A stretch of DNA of 63,726 nt, filler included, from Octopus bimaculoides (taxonomy: Eukaryota), in assembly GCF_001194135.2 (NCBI RefSeq). It is 9 parts of 8 records of this genome, joined end to end, with 100 filler letters (N's around TTAATTAATTAA, not from the genome) between each part and the next. Parts side by side here need not be neighbours in the genome. Positions count along the whole stretch, not along the records: positions 10,748 to 16,613 come from NC_068986.1; positions 16,714 to 30,801 come from NC_068998.1; 7 more parts are not named here. One strand, 5' to 3'. Positions 12,111-25,330 of this stretch are shown here, one piece after another; positions within the stretch are counted from its first letter, which is position 1; every line of letters begins with the position of its first letter. The notes beneath the pieces are model-generated. The model worked only from the letters and a program-made list of their open reading frames with translations, did no database searches and had not been told where the DNA came from. Position numbers and translations under genes: made by a program.

Positions 12111-13794
12111 GTGGGCACAATCCTTTCCACTAAACTCAACAAGTAAAGAAAAAACCCAACTTTTTACTAATCTTTGAACCATTATGATACCAACTCAACT
12201 CAACACTGCCCCTTGTTCTGTAGTACAATTCTCCTGTTTAAAGTGATCTAAATTAAACCTATCAATCAAAATCTTGTGCTAATTTTTGTTCCTAAAAGTA
12301 GATTAAGCATGATAGTTATTTTACAAAACTAATCATTTCCAAAATTAATTGAAACAAGGGCAATATATTTTAACAGAATTACAGTAACAAAAGTGTTGAA
12401 TTAAGTTTTCAGAGAAAATGAATGTAGTTGACTAACATAACTTCATTATATTATTGGGACGTATTTATTGACCATAGAGAGGCCAGTATACGTATAGTAA
12501 AAATGATATTAAATCTAAACAGGATAGGGTGGAACAAATACTTTAAATAATGTAGTACATTTAGTTCAATGCTCCTGTGTCTCAGCCATATCTACTTCCC
12601 AAACTAAAGCCTATAATTAAATGACAATCTGGCTTTCATTACGTAGGTAACCAATCAGTGGTTCCTTTCTTTAAAAAAAATAACAATGACAACAAAATGG
12701 TTTCCACTTTGAAAAAAGAGAATGTATGTCTGTGTACATGTGTATACATGTGTAGAGGTATTTATTTGTATGCGTGTGTATCTGTGTATGTATGTGTTTA
12801 CACATACTATATATTTATACATACTATATATATAGTATGTATAATATATATATATATATATATATANNNNNNNNNNNNNNNNNNNNNNNNNNNNNNNNNN
12901 NNNNNNNNNNNNNNNNNNNNNNNNNNNNNNNNNNNNNNNNNNNNNNNNNNNNNNNNNNNNNNNNNNNNNNNNNNNNNNNNNNNNNNNNNNNNNNNNNNNN
13001 NNNNNNNNNNNNNNNNNNNNNNNNNNNNNNNNNNNNNNNNNNNNNNNNNNNNNNNNNNNNNNNNNNNNNNNNNNNNNNNNNNNNNNNNNNNNNNNNNNNN
13101 NNNNNNNNNNNNNNNNNNNNNNNNNNNNNNNNNNNNNNNNNNNNNNNNNNNNNNNNNNNNNNNNNNNNNNNNNNNNNNNNNNNNNNNNNNNNNNNNNNNN
13201 NNNNNNNNNNNNNNNNNNNNNNNNNNNNNNNNNNNNNNNNNNNNNNNNNNNNNNNNNNNNNNNNNNNNNNNNNNNNNNNNNNNNNNNNNNNNNNNNNNNN
13301 NNNNNNNNNNNNNNNNNNNNNNNNNNNNNNNNNNNNNNNNNNNNNNNNNNNNNNNNNNNNNNNNNNNNNNNNNNNNNNNNNNNNNNNNNNNNNNNNNNNN
13401 NNNNNNNNNNNNNNNNNNNNNNNNNNNNNNNNNNNNNNNNNNNNNNNNNNNNNNNNNNNNNNNNNNNNNNNNNNNNNNNNNNNNNNNNNNNNNNNNNNNN
13501 NNNNNNNNNNNNNNNNNNNNNNNNNNNNNNNNNNNNNNNNNNNNNNNNNNNNNNNNNNNNNNNNNNNNNNNNNNNNNNNNNNNNNNNNNNNNNNNNNNNN
13601 NNNNNNNNNNNNNNNNNNNNNNNNNNNNNNNNNNNNNNNNNNNNNNNNNNNNNNNNNNNNNNNNNNNNNNNNNNNNNNNNNNNNNNNNNNNNNNNNNNNN
13701 NNNNNNNNNNNNNNNNNNNNNNNNNNNNNNNNNNNNNNNNNNNNNNNNNNNNNNNNNNNNNNNNNNNNNNNNNNNNNNNNNNNNNNNNNNNNNT

Positions 13795-14030
13795 GGCTTG
13801 CCGGGTCTTCTCACACACAGCACATTTCCAAAGGTCTCGGTCAGTAGTCATCGCCTCGGTGAGGCCCAATGTTCGAAGGTCTTGCCTCACCACCTCAGCC
13901 CAGGTCTTCCTGGGCCTACCTCTTCCACGGGTTCTCTCAACTGTTAGGGAGTGGCACTTTTTCACGCAGCTATCCTCATTCATTCTCACCACATGTCCAA
14001 ACCAGCGCAATTGTCTCTCTTGCAGGACCA
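13795..14030 (-). mobile_element. RTE LINE 3' end, 5'-truncated
   Basis: LQERQLRWFGHVVRMNEDSCVKKC...RGRGRPRKTWAEVVRQDL...TDRDLWKCAV. Confidence 0.9.
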
Positions 14031-14354
14031 CTACATATAAATAGTAGCAGTCTGATGTAGCAGTTCATAGTTTAGTGTTTAAAGTCCAGGTACAGTTTGA
14101 GATAGCGTGTTGGAAATATTGGTTGTTGGTTCATAAAGGATTGTTGGTTTGTTGCATGTTTGTTACTGCTGCTGTTTCTATTTTGTATTGTTATAATACT
14201 GTTACAGTGTATTATTTATCTATCTTCAACATTATCAACTATACTATGATATTGGAAGCATAAGGATATAACAGATAGTCACCTGACCTTTCCAAACATG
14301 GTTAGTCACAGAATACATCATTTTGTGGAATTTTTTGATATCCATGATGAATAT

Positions 14355-14525
14355 TATTCTTTTATTCTTTTACTTGTTTCACACATTTAACTGCAGCCAT
14401 GCTGGCGCACCAACTTTAGTCAAACAAATCAACTCCAGGACTTATTCTCTGTTATCCTAGTACTTATTCTATCAGTCCCTTTTGCCAAACCACTAACGTT
14501 ACAAAGACATAAACACACCAACATG
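14355..14525 (-). mobile_element. SINE family A, 3' half
   Basis: Reverse complement of the family A tail and body. Confidence 0.75.
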
Positions 14526-14659
14526 GAATTAATACTATTATATAAAAAAAAAAATTTTTAGTAATATTTTACCCCATCTCCTTCTAATTTCAAAACTTAA
14601 TACTAACCAAATTAAGTTGCCAACTAGAAATTGCGAGAATTTAAAAAATTTGGGATGAC

Positions 14660-14840
14660 AACACACCCCATGTAACAAACGAAAGGTTAAAGAAGGTGAG
14701 GACAATGGAAATCAACTAAAGAGACAAAGATGTACAGCTTGAACTACACACAGAAGCTCGTCTTATCTGTTATGTCTGCAATAAAAGCTGCCGTTCTCCA
14801 ATAAGCCTAGAGTCATTGCGATGTGCCAACGTAATGAGGG
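14660..14840 (+). mobile_element. RTE LINE terminal remnant
   Basis: KRQR... followed by LICYVCNKSCRSPISLESLRC, resembling the RTE terminal CxxC finger. Confidence 0.55.
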
Positions 14841-16380
14841 CGTAAAAAGAGAGGAGAGAAAGTGAGGGGTGAGAGAGATAGAGGAAAGATGAATTTCCAT
14901 CCCATTGTCTGCTAAAACACTTCGTTTTTGTTTTCGTTATCTGAATAGTCTTCCTAATGGTTTCCTGCTTTATTATTGAAATCTCATTGGAAGATCGTTG
15001 ACGTGAAACTCAGTCACCAGATTTGAAGTTTCAGTTGTAATAAATATATTTTGACACTCTGCTTGCAGCATCAAGTAATCTTTTTTCTTTGTGTTCGTGA
15101 TGAAGTTTACTTTCATCTGTTTCTACACACACAAGCACGTGCGCACCCTATTTCAACTTCAGTCGATTTATCCGACTTTACGTTGGTCTCAGTGAACATA
15201 CTTAAAAATCAAAATTTTTTTTAAAAAAACACTAAAAAACCAAATAAAATACCAAATAAAATACATGTGAAAATATGTACAAGCGATTTATTAAAACAAG
15301 CAAAAGCTAATAAAGTATTTAAAATTCTAATTCTTTGTGTAACATCGTTTTTCGAGTTTGTCACATCTTGGGACCAATTACTGGCCCAAACTGATGTATA
15401 TATTTGTGTTGTGATGTGTGTGTGTGTGTACTGAAATTGAGTTGAAATCTTTCCGTGACATATTTCCGTGTTATTTACAATGCCACACATTTAACTTATT
15501 GAACAGGCTTGTCAGGACGGTGTCCCCATGTACTCTTCATAAAACAAAAGCAAACAAATCTCTATAGTGGTATATTGTAAAGCCGGATATACAACTAAAA
15601 TAGAAACTAGATTTTTTTTTTTTTTTTTGACCATTGGGTATTTTGGAAAACACATGAATGTGACTATTGTCATACTTTCTGTATTTGGTTTTACATCCTG
15701 CTGTCTCTAAAAACAATAGTTTGTTATCAGCTTTACTGGCGAATATGTCGATGACTTGAAATATGGTGAATTAATTTGGATGGCAAATATACTATAGGAT
15801 TACTTTTAGTAATACTGATTATGAAGTTGGCAAAAAGCCACAAGTTTGTTGAGAAAAAAATGGAATAGTCGTTTTACTGGATCCTAATATATTACTGGTG
15901 CTTATTTTATCGACCCAATACGACAAAAGGCAAATGTTTTAATGTTTTAATAATTAAATATACTTTCACCAACAAAGCTATCTGATTATCATGTGGATAG
16001 TGGTATACCACTACTAATATATATTCAATCCAGATAAAAGGAAATTCTGTGACCTATTTGTTGTTCTACCATCTCAGGATGAAATTAAACGTTATATGTT
16101 GTGTTGAACTCAAAACTGTGACAAAATACTATGAGGTATCTAGTTAGACACTCTACTGATTCTGCCAACTTTCAGTAATATTGATTTCTTTTATTGTGAG
16201 CATGTCCTAAAATTTATAGAAAGGCAAATAAGATTGTGATGTTTGAGCATTAGTGGTGCAACTTAAAGTAAAATTGGGCGAAGATAAAGAATACGCACAC
16301 TCGGTGTTTATAGTTTAGGGACTCAAGTTACTCCGAAATCGGGTGGTGTGCGTATTCTTTACTTGGTAATTTTTCAGATT

Positions 16381-16586
16381 GGTAAGCCTCGGAAATTTCA
16401 CCCCACCCCCACTCCCATTGATCTTTTCAGGGCTAGAGTTTTAGGGTTAGGGTTAGGTTTTAGAGTTCGGGTTAGGGTTAGGGAAATCCGTCCCGGATTC
16501 ATTGGAAATATTTTTTTCCTTAGTGAAAATTGGGCTGGTGAAAAGATCAATGGGGGTAGGGGTTGGGGGAAATTTCCGAGGTTTCC
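16381..16586. mobile_element. Second hairpin MITE with central TTAGGG-like tract
   Basis: About 45-bp inverted arms CCTCGGAAATTTC...CCCATTGATCTTTTCA (16387-16429 vs 16539-16581) enclosing TTAGGGTTAGGGTTAGG...GGGTTAGGGTTAGGG; no TSD seen. Confidence 0.75.
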
Positions 16587-17838
16587 ACCTCACCGTACTC
16601 TGTTTTTCGTCCCNNNNNNNNNNNNNNNNNNNNNNNNNNNNNNNNNNNNNNNNNNNNTTAATTAATTAANNNNNNNNNNNNNNNNNNNNNNNNNNNNNNN
16701 NNNNNNNNNNNNNATTAAAGTTTTCGCTTCTATTTCCTCCACCAAACACCGCCGCTTCTACCACCACCGCCATCGCAACCACCATCACCACCATCGCCTC
16801 CGATATGCATTTCTTTGCCTTCATTTACTCGCTCTCTAATACAGACCCACCCACTTACACACATACCCCCTCTCTCTCTCTCACACACACACATACATTT
16901 ACACAAGAACATACACATTAATTGCTGTTATTAGTTTCGTTTGTTTATATATTGCTGTCAAATTATTGCGTCTAAGTCAGCGCCTTCGTCTTTAGTGAGG
17001 CATTTTCAATGAATGGGACACATTTATGGCTGCGTCAGCAAAGGAGCAGTGCTCCACGCAGTTTCGCTATAGAACAGCGGACCTCAATTATTCTTTTTTT
17101 CACTTATGGACCCCTTTGATACGTATATTACTCGCGTGGACCCTCGATGCCATTCGATGTTTTAAAGGTCCCATTATAATTCTATAACTAAATATTATTA
17201 GGGTTTTGTTCTTTAAAATCTTTTACTTGTTTCAGTCATTTCATTGCGGCCATGTTGGAGTACCGCCTTGAAAGGGGTTTAGTCGAACAAATTGATCCAA
17301 GGACTGGGGTCCAGCACTGGGGTCGATGGGATCGACTTAGTCCCCTCCCCTCAAAACCTCAGGCCTTGTGCCTATAGTAGAAACGATTATTATTATGATT
17401 ATTATTAATACGACTATTAAAATGGACTTCCTTTTACGTACTGGAAATATTGTTGTCTCTTCTCTCGGAATTATTATCCTATAATTTCGCAATTATTTAT
17501 GTCTTGTGTTTGATAAATATTCTAATAATTTTAGTGAATTGTCTCTATATTATCTAACCCCATACACACATCTCTGTGTGTGTGTGTGCGTATGTGTGTA
17601 TACGTATCTTTCAATCTATCTCTTAATATCTTGCACCGTCTCTCACTCTCTCTCTACACACAAACATACATCTATATATATGTACGTGTGTGTGTGTGTA
17701 TGCGTGTGTGTATGCTTTTGATGATCTACATTCGCTGTATGGATATGTGTGTATATGTTGGTATGTATGCATACTTATGTATGCATACTTATGAGTGTAA
17801 GTATGTATGTATGTATTATCTGTATGTATATGTATTAC

Positions 17839-17877
<39 letters not shown>

Positions 17878-18295
17878 TGTGTGTGTGAGTGTGTGTGTCC
17901 AAGTGAGAATGCGAATCTTACACATGAATAACCAAGCACTCATTGCCTGTTTTCTCTTTTCCTTGTTGTGTAAACCTGCTTAGAAGCCGCTCCTACAACA
18001 GAACCCTTCCTTCCTATTACAACCAAACCTTGTACCTTACATACCCCCGTTAGTACTTCACCACCACCACTACCAACAACAACAACAACAACGCCAACAC
18101 CACTACGACCACCATCACCACTATCACCACAATTCCCGTCACCACTACCATCACCGCCACCACTACCATCACCGCCACCTCTTCCACTCATAAATCAAGC
18201 CAGTGCGGGAGCCATTATGCGTTAGTTCGACCTGCTAGTATTAGCAACGAAATTACTGTCAAATTACGTCTTTCTGATTTAATGATTACAAGGAG

Positions 18296-18332
<37 letters not shown>

Positions 18333-18334
18333 GA

Positions 18335-18404
<70 letters not shown>

Positions 18405-18612
18405 CAGACAGATAGACAGAGAAAGGGGAGAGGGAGAGGGAGAAGAAAAATGGATCGAAGAAAAGGAAAAAAATGCAAATATTTGGCATGGTTCAATTGG
18501 TTTCTACCACGATCGAACCCCAGAGCTGACCTAGGGCTAAACGATGACATACTATCAATGATAGCGCTGATGATGATAATGATGACAACGATAAAATCAG
18601 TGATTGTTTCTA

Positions 18613-18774
18613 GGCTCAGGAGTGGCTGTGTGGTAAGTAGCTTGCTAACCAACCACTTGGTTCCGGGTTCAGTCCTTCTGCGTGGCACCTTGGGCGAGTT
18701 TCTTCTACTGTAGCCTCGGGCCGACCAAAGACTTGTGAGTGGATTTGGTAGATGGAAACTGAAAGAAGCCCGTC

Positions 18775-18825
<51 letters not shown>

Positions 18826-18966
18826 CATGCATTCGTGTGTCTGTGTCTGTCTCCCCACTACCACCATCATTGCTTGTCAACCGATGCTGGTGTGTTTACC
18901 TCCCCGTAACTTAGTGGTTCGGCAAAAGAGACTGATGCAATAAATATTAGGCTTACAAAGAATAAG
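18613..18966 (+). mobile_element. SINE family A, near full-length
   Basis: High similarity to 2452-2887 including the internal TA/TG tract; tail missing. Confidence 0.9.
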
Positions 18967-19046
18967 CACTTGAAAGATTATTGGTAGTAACCTGCTACCC
19001 ACACTATTTCTATCAGGAATAAGACCAAACCTGAGCCAAGATCAAA

Positions 19047-19300
19047 ATAATAATAATAATGATGATGATGATGATAATAATAATAATCCTTTCAACTAAA
19101 AGCACAAGGCCTGAAATTTTGGGGGGAGGGGCCAGTCGATTACACCCACTCCAGTATTCCACTGGTATTTATTCCATCGACCCCAAAAGGGTGAAAGGCA
19201 AAATCGACCTTGACGGAATTTGAACTCAGAACGTAAAGACGGACGAAATGCCGCTAAGACTTTTGCCCAGCGTGTTAACGATTCTGCCAGCTCGCCGCCT
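19047..19300 (-). mobile_element. tRNA-derived SINE family B, full-length with (TTA)n-type tail
   Basis: Head GGCGGCGAGCTGGCAGAATCG, B-box GAGTTCAAATTCC, central GCCTTTCACCCTTT..GGGGTCGAT segment (Meta/MESC-like from memory, unverified). Confidence 0.85.
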
Positions 19301-19673
19301 TAATAATGAAAATAGCAACAACGACAACAACAAAAACTATGGTGGTTATTGCGTTAATAACGACGTCAATGCTATGTCCAGCAAATACATATATCAAAAC
19401 GTTGTGTGCTGCACATAGCAAATTGTCACTCTACGCTGTTCTCTTGCACCTCCACGCTACGTCACTTACTTCCTGTTTGGCAAACTCTCAAGAATTTCGG
19501 CCTCAATTCAATCGATTGTTTTCCTGTCGCCTTTCCAAAAAAATGTGTGTAGTAGTAGTGGTAGTAGTAGTAGTAGTATCAGCAGTGATGGTAGTGGAGG
19601 AGGTGGTGGTGGTGGTGGTGGTGGTAGTAGCACCAGCAGGGAAGAAGTGGCAATAGCAGCAACAACAGCAATT

Positions 19674-19744
<71 letters not shown>

Positions 19745-20550
19745 TGTTGTAGTAGTAGCTGTTGTTGTTAATGTTGTTTAGCTCTATGTCAGTGTTTTAA
19801 ACTGATCAAACAATGACCCATGATGAAAGACATTCCACTCTTGACCACCCCGTCTCACATTACAAACATTATGTATCATTGACAGTCTGTCTAATGTGTC
19901 CCCTTTTTAAAGACTTTCGAATGTGAAGAAGTGGCCAAGTGGTTAGTCTTTTGGGATCACACTAGACTAAGCGGCACAATGTGGCTTTTGAGCAAGGGCT
20001 CTGTTTTACACTGCCCCGATCTATTCACCCGAAAACCAGGTCATAGTTGAGCCCTTTTTCTTTCCGGTTGCGAACTTGAAGGGGCCGAGAGGGTGTCCAC
20101 GGTATATCTGCGACTACACAGGCACCTCAGAAATTTAACGAAAGCATCGTACATATCAGCCTGTCATACTCGTTTGCGAATGATGTCTATGGTTGGATAT
20201 GTAACTTGAGGGTTACATGACGCTATCGACCCCTTTGATTAGTACTTTATTTTTATCGACCCCAGAACGATGAAAGGCATATTTGACCTCGGTGGTATTT
20301 GAACTCAGAATGTAAAGAGCAGAAAGAAATTCCGCAAAGCATTTTGTCCGAGGTAGTGAAGAGTAACAACGTTGCCAGGACTTAACGAGTTCAAATCTGG
20401 ACTAATTCAAGTCTTCATGAGTTTAACTTTACCTTTCACCCTTTCAGGGTCGATAAATACTCGTCGAGCAATGGAGAGGTAATCTACTAACCCGCTGCCC
20501 CAAATTTTGGGGCCTTGTCTTCATAGCAGAAAGAATTATTACTGTTATTA

Positions 20551-20775
20551 AGGCCAGAAGTTGGCAGAATCGTTAGTACACCAGACAAAACGTTTAATGG
20601 CATTTCATCTGTCTTTATGTTCTGAGTTCAAATTCCGCCGAGGTTGATTTTGCTTTTAGTCCTTTCGGGGTTGATAAATTAAGTACCAGTTGAACACTGG
20701 GTCGATATAATCTACTATACCCCTCCCACCAAATTTGAGGCTTTGTGCCTCCAGTAGGAAGGATTATTATTATTA

Positions 20776-20833
<58 letters not shown>

Positions 20834-21015
20834 GGTCAAATACGTGCAGAAACGTTAGCGCGTCGGATAAAATGCTTCGTGGTTTTTCTTCTGGTTCTTT
20901 ACGTTCTAGATTTAAAATCCGCCGAGCACGACTTTGTCTTCCGTCCTTTCGAGGTCGATAAAATAAGTAAATTGCTGGTTTTGTGCCAAGATTTGAAACC
21001 TTTATTATTATTATT
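20551..21015 (+). mobile_element. Two tandem SINE family B copies separated by a (TTA)n tail
   Basis: GAGTTCAAATTCCGCCGAGG...CCTTTCGGGGTTGATAAATTAAGTACCAG; second copy starts at about 20833. Confidence 0.85.
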
Positions 21016-21869
21016 TTGTTGCTGTAGTTAGTAGCAGCAGCAGCAGTAGTAGTGGTAATAGTTAATGTAGACGGAGATGTTGACGAAGAGGTATTAATAG
21101 CTCGTTATATTTCATATAAAACGATAATTACATTTTCTTTCTTTTTTTATTTTCTGTTCTCAATGAAACACTGAAAACAACACCCTGACGAGACATAACC
21201 TTTATAGCTTCACCTTTCCTTCCCTTCTCTTACGACGCAACCAGTCAATTTGTTGCTTTACTACAAATAGGAAATTACGGCCTTCTTGAATCTCCGCTGT
21301 TTACTTCTTCCTAGCTAAAAGTCACTTTATTAAACACACACACACACACACACACAGGTACGCACACACTGACAGGAGTGACAGGCATTCGAACAAAAAA
21401 AAAACCGATCAAGCATTATTAAGCTCTCCGTTAAGTGCATGGTTACAAAAATGACCGTGGCTGAGGATAGAATAAGCTTTCCCCTCGTTCGGAAAATCCA
21501 TGAGATGCAGTGCTGGAGAGAAAGTATATAAAGATGTTTATTCCATTTGTATACAGCTGTTTCATAGGATCTTGTTAGTTATATAATAGATATCGCACCA
21601 ACATATTTGTTATACATGCATACATACACATATATATGTGCGTGTGTCTGTGTAAGTATATATATACATATATTTATATGCGTAGGTATACATATGTATG
21701 TCTTATTGTGTTTATATTATAATACTGTGTAAATATTATTAATAATAATAATATTACTAATAGTAGAATATTATTTCTATTATACGTCCCTAACTTACAC
21801 ACACACGCATAAGCACACACTCCTTTCATCGTTGTCTCGCCATTATCAACGCCATCATCACATCCACCA

Positions 21870-22948
21870 TCAGAATCATCATCATCACCGCCATCATCAG
21901 TACCGTTCCGTGACAGATCTCTGTTGCGTATCGAGGATGTAAAAATAGTAACGTTAATCCAAGCAAACAAATAACTGGAGAAGAACAGAAGAAAAACAAA
22001 CAAACAAGCAAAGCAATAGCATGAACAACAAAAACAAGCAAACAAACCCAAAGGATATATCAAACACAACAACAAACAACAACAACAATAATAATACCAA
22101 CATCACCACTACCACCACAATAACAACAAAATACTAACACCACCACCACCACCAACAACAACAACAGCAACAATAATACAACAACCAACAACAATAATAC
22201 CAATTGTAAGAACAACAACAACAACAATAATACCCCCCACCCCCACCACCGACAACAAAAACAACAATAATAACAACAATAATAAAACCACCACCACCAA
22301 CAACAGCAACAACAACAATAATACCACCAACAACAACAATAACAACAACAATAATAATACCCACCCCACCCCTACCCCCACCACCACGAATACAACAACA
22401 ACAACAACAATAACAACAGCAGCAGGAAGTAAAGATAACGGAAGAAGAACAGGACACCTAATTACCGACAGCAACAACAAGAGCAACAATAATGATGATA
22501 GTAATTTATGCTATTTATATAATGTATCCTGCTACTATTTTTATAATCTTTAATAGTAGTAGTAGTAGTAGTAATAGTAGTAGTAGTAGTAGTAGTGAAA
22601 AGGTTATTCCTTCCTACTAGAGGCCCGAGGCCTGAAATTTGGTGAGGATCGTGGGAGTAGTCAATTGACTACCCCCAGCCCGGATTTCAACGGACACTTA
22701 TTGTTTTTATCGACCCCCACCCTCAAACCAAGGGGAAGAGAGGAAAAGTCGACTTCGGCGGAATTTGAACTCAGAATGCACAGTCGGATCAAATGCTGCC
22801 ATGCACTTTGTCCGGCGCGGTGAAAACTCTTCTAGTTCGCCGCCTTATAATAATTGTAATAATAAAAATAATAATAAAAATGGCAATAATGTAATAATGA
22901 TAATATTATCATCATTAACATTATTATTATTATTATTATTATTACTAC

Positions 22949-23004
<56 letters not shown>

Positions 23005-23134
23005 CGCTGGGGGCGACTTCGCCTGTAATCCTTTCGTGGTCAATAATTTAAGTACCAGTTAGGCACTGGGTTCGATGTAATCGACTTAATCTCTTCACCC
23101 CCAAATTTGAGACCTTGTGCTTCCAGTAGAAAGG

Positions 23135-23179
<45 letters not shown>

Positions 23180-23199
23180 AGTGAACTTAATAGTGATGA

Positions 23200-23233
<34 letters not shown>

Positions 23234-23290
23234 GGTGATGATGATGATGATGATGATGATGATGACGATGTTGATGATGATGAAAATGGT
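21870..23290. repeat. Trinucleotide microsatellite mosaic (CAT, AAC/ACC, TAG, TTA, GAT, GGT) with embedded SINE B copies (22560-22845 minus, 23020-23180 plus)
   Basis: Directly visible; SINE B motifs recognised by homology to other copies. Confidence 0.85.
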
Positions 23291-23639
23291 AATAAAAGTA
23301 AAACAATCACGATAAGATGGTCTGTGGTCACGGTAATGACAGGAATAAAATTATAAAATAAAGACGAGATACAAAAAAATATATAACTAAGAAGAAATGA
23401 ATGCGCAAAAATAAAAAAAAAATAATAAAGAACTTGCATAAATGATATTAATACGACAACGAATTGTATAAAAATAACAGAGATATTAAAAAGCAACAAC
23501 ATTCCAAATGCCATTCTTTCTAGTACAACATATTGACTCTATTATGTGTGTGTACGTGTGTGTGTGTGTGTGTGTGTGTGTGCTTGAAAGTGTGTGTAAT
23601 TACATTTATGGCAGGAAAGAGTGAGGGGGGGGGGGCAGA

Positions 23640-23675
<36 letters not shown>

Positions 23676-23905
23676 ATAAAACTTTGTTATGAACCAATGT
23701 AAATGTATATCTGGAGTATGTCTGTGATTGCGTATATATGTATATAATATGTATATGTATGTATATATGTGTGTATATATAAATATATATACATATATAT
23801 ATGCACATATGCATATATATATATACATATACATATATCGTGTATATATGTGAATGACATCTATATACATGTATATACATGTGTGTGTATATATATATGT
23901 ATATA

Positions 23906-23946
<41 letters not shown>

Positions 23947-23949
23947 ATG

Positions 23950-23988
<39 letters not shown>

Positions 23989-24375
23989 ATATAAATAGAG
24001 AGATAAATAGATAGACATGAAATGAATATTTTTGCAGACCGTGTATACACACACGTAAGTGTGTGTATACAGTACGTTTATAGGTCCGTTATGTGTATGT
24101 GTGTGTGGCGGGGGCTGGGGTGTATGGGCGTAGGTGTGTGGTAAGAAGTTTGCTTCCCAACCATATGTTTCTGGGTTCAGTACTACTGCTTGGCAAACAG
24201 AGCAAGTGCTCCGGGCAATTGACGTCTATTGATTGCACCGAAGTCGATCTAAAGAAAAGAAAATACACGCGTAGAAAGAAACTTTCGGTCGCAGACATAT
24301 CGAAAAAGAGAGGGAAAGAGGGAAAGAGAAAGAGTGAGTGAGAGAGAGAGAGGAATCCTCGTTTCGTAGGTGTTT

Positions 24376-24641
24376 ATTTTTTATTCATGCGCCCTTTTAA
24401 AGCCGAGCCAGGCTCATGGGTCCGGTTTGCCGGTTTCTCTGGCGTATGTGCTCCCCCCAGCTTGGACGGGACGCCAGTCCATCGCAGCGTTACTCAAGAA
24501 ACAGGAAAAAGAGTGGGAGAAAGTTGGAACTTTTAGGTGTTTTCGCTCAATAAACACACACAACGCCCGGTCTAGGAATCGAAACCGCGATCCTCCGACC
24601 GCGAGTCCGCTGCCCTAACCATTGGGCCATTGCGCCTCCAC
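24376..24641 (-). mobile_element. Intact tRNA-derived SINE family D (V-domain-like) with 13-bp TSD
   Basis: TSD TTCGTAGGTGTTT at 24363-24375 and 24642-24654; A-box TGGCCCAATGG, B-box GTTTCGATTCC; internal GCGATGGACTGGCGTCCCGTCC resembles the V-SINE core as I recall it. Confidence 0.85.
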
Positions 24642-25052
24642 TTCGTAGGTGTTTGCTGACAGAATAATTTCTTTTGTTGTTCTTGAGATATTTTATATCA
24701 CTAAAAGAATTTGAAAATATTTGGACAGAAAGTAAAAGAGACAAAGTAGAACAAAGTCTTCTCCATTCGAGAAAAGCTTCCATTTTGTGGCCAACGCTGA
24801 ACCGATTTCACAAAACGCTCCATTCAACGTCAAACTTTCACAACTTCATTCAACAAATATATTTTGTCTTTTGATTTCGGCCTTTTTTTCCTCAGTCATG
24901 TAATTCTAATCCAATCACTAGCTTCAATATCTTAAAATCGTGTGTTCTACTACGTGAGAAACTATTTTCACAAACAATGCACAACGTTTTACTTAAAGGG
25001 CCCGCCGTGAATAATAGTTCGTTTTCCCACTGCTCATTGAATTCGCGCTTAC

Positions 25053-25330
25053 TTGTAACCTTCTGTTTTTCTTGACGTCATTTTGTGATCGGTAAGGTAA
25101 AAAAAAAACCCAAAAAAAAACCCCAACAAACATGGCTGAATTTTCGAGAAAAGAAAGTACAGACCCGTAAATATTCTCAAAGAATGAACAAAGCAAAGCC
25201 CTGTAGTACAGGAGTGTTTGCTGAAAATCAACTAACGAAAAGCCTCGATGGCCCAGGGCTGGTTGCCGCGTCAGGATCAAACAAGTATCAAACGTAGAGA
25301 GAACAATTATGGACAAGCGTTCAATGCACC
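25053..25330 (-). other. Candidate first exon of a minus-strand gene (possible ATG at 25081, MTSRKTEGY + phase-2 donor)
   Basis: Donor CAA|GTAAGC at 25053/25052, CACAAA-ATG context, next to the promoter motifs; TSS position is a guess and no downstream exon was identified. Confidence 0.35.

Noticed and set aside
10747-14030. Single RTE element spanning both fragments
   Set aside because: On the minus strand the 3' end (13795-14030) precedes the internal linker (10747-11100), so they are not colinear.
12655-14031. Long ORFs containing X runs (also 27.7k, 31.8k, 34.2k, 44.6k, 45.9k, 55.1k, 59k)
   Set aside because: Open only because they cross N gaps.
19470-19530. Minus-strand exon ending at donor GTAAGT (19469)
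   Set aside because: Only one short open frame (KQSIELRPKFLRVCQTG), weak acceptor, no recognisable homology.
24547-24783. Signal-peptide-like ORF MEAFLEWRRLCSTLSLLLSVQIF
   Set aside because: No convincing donor; the frame runs into a SINE.
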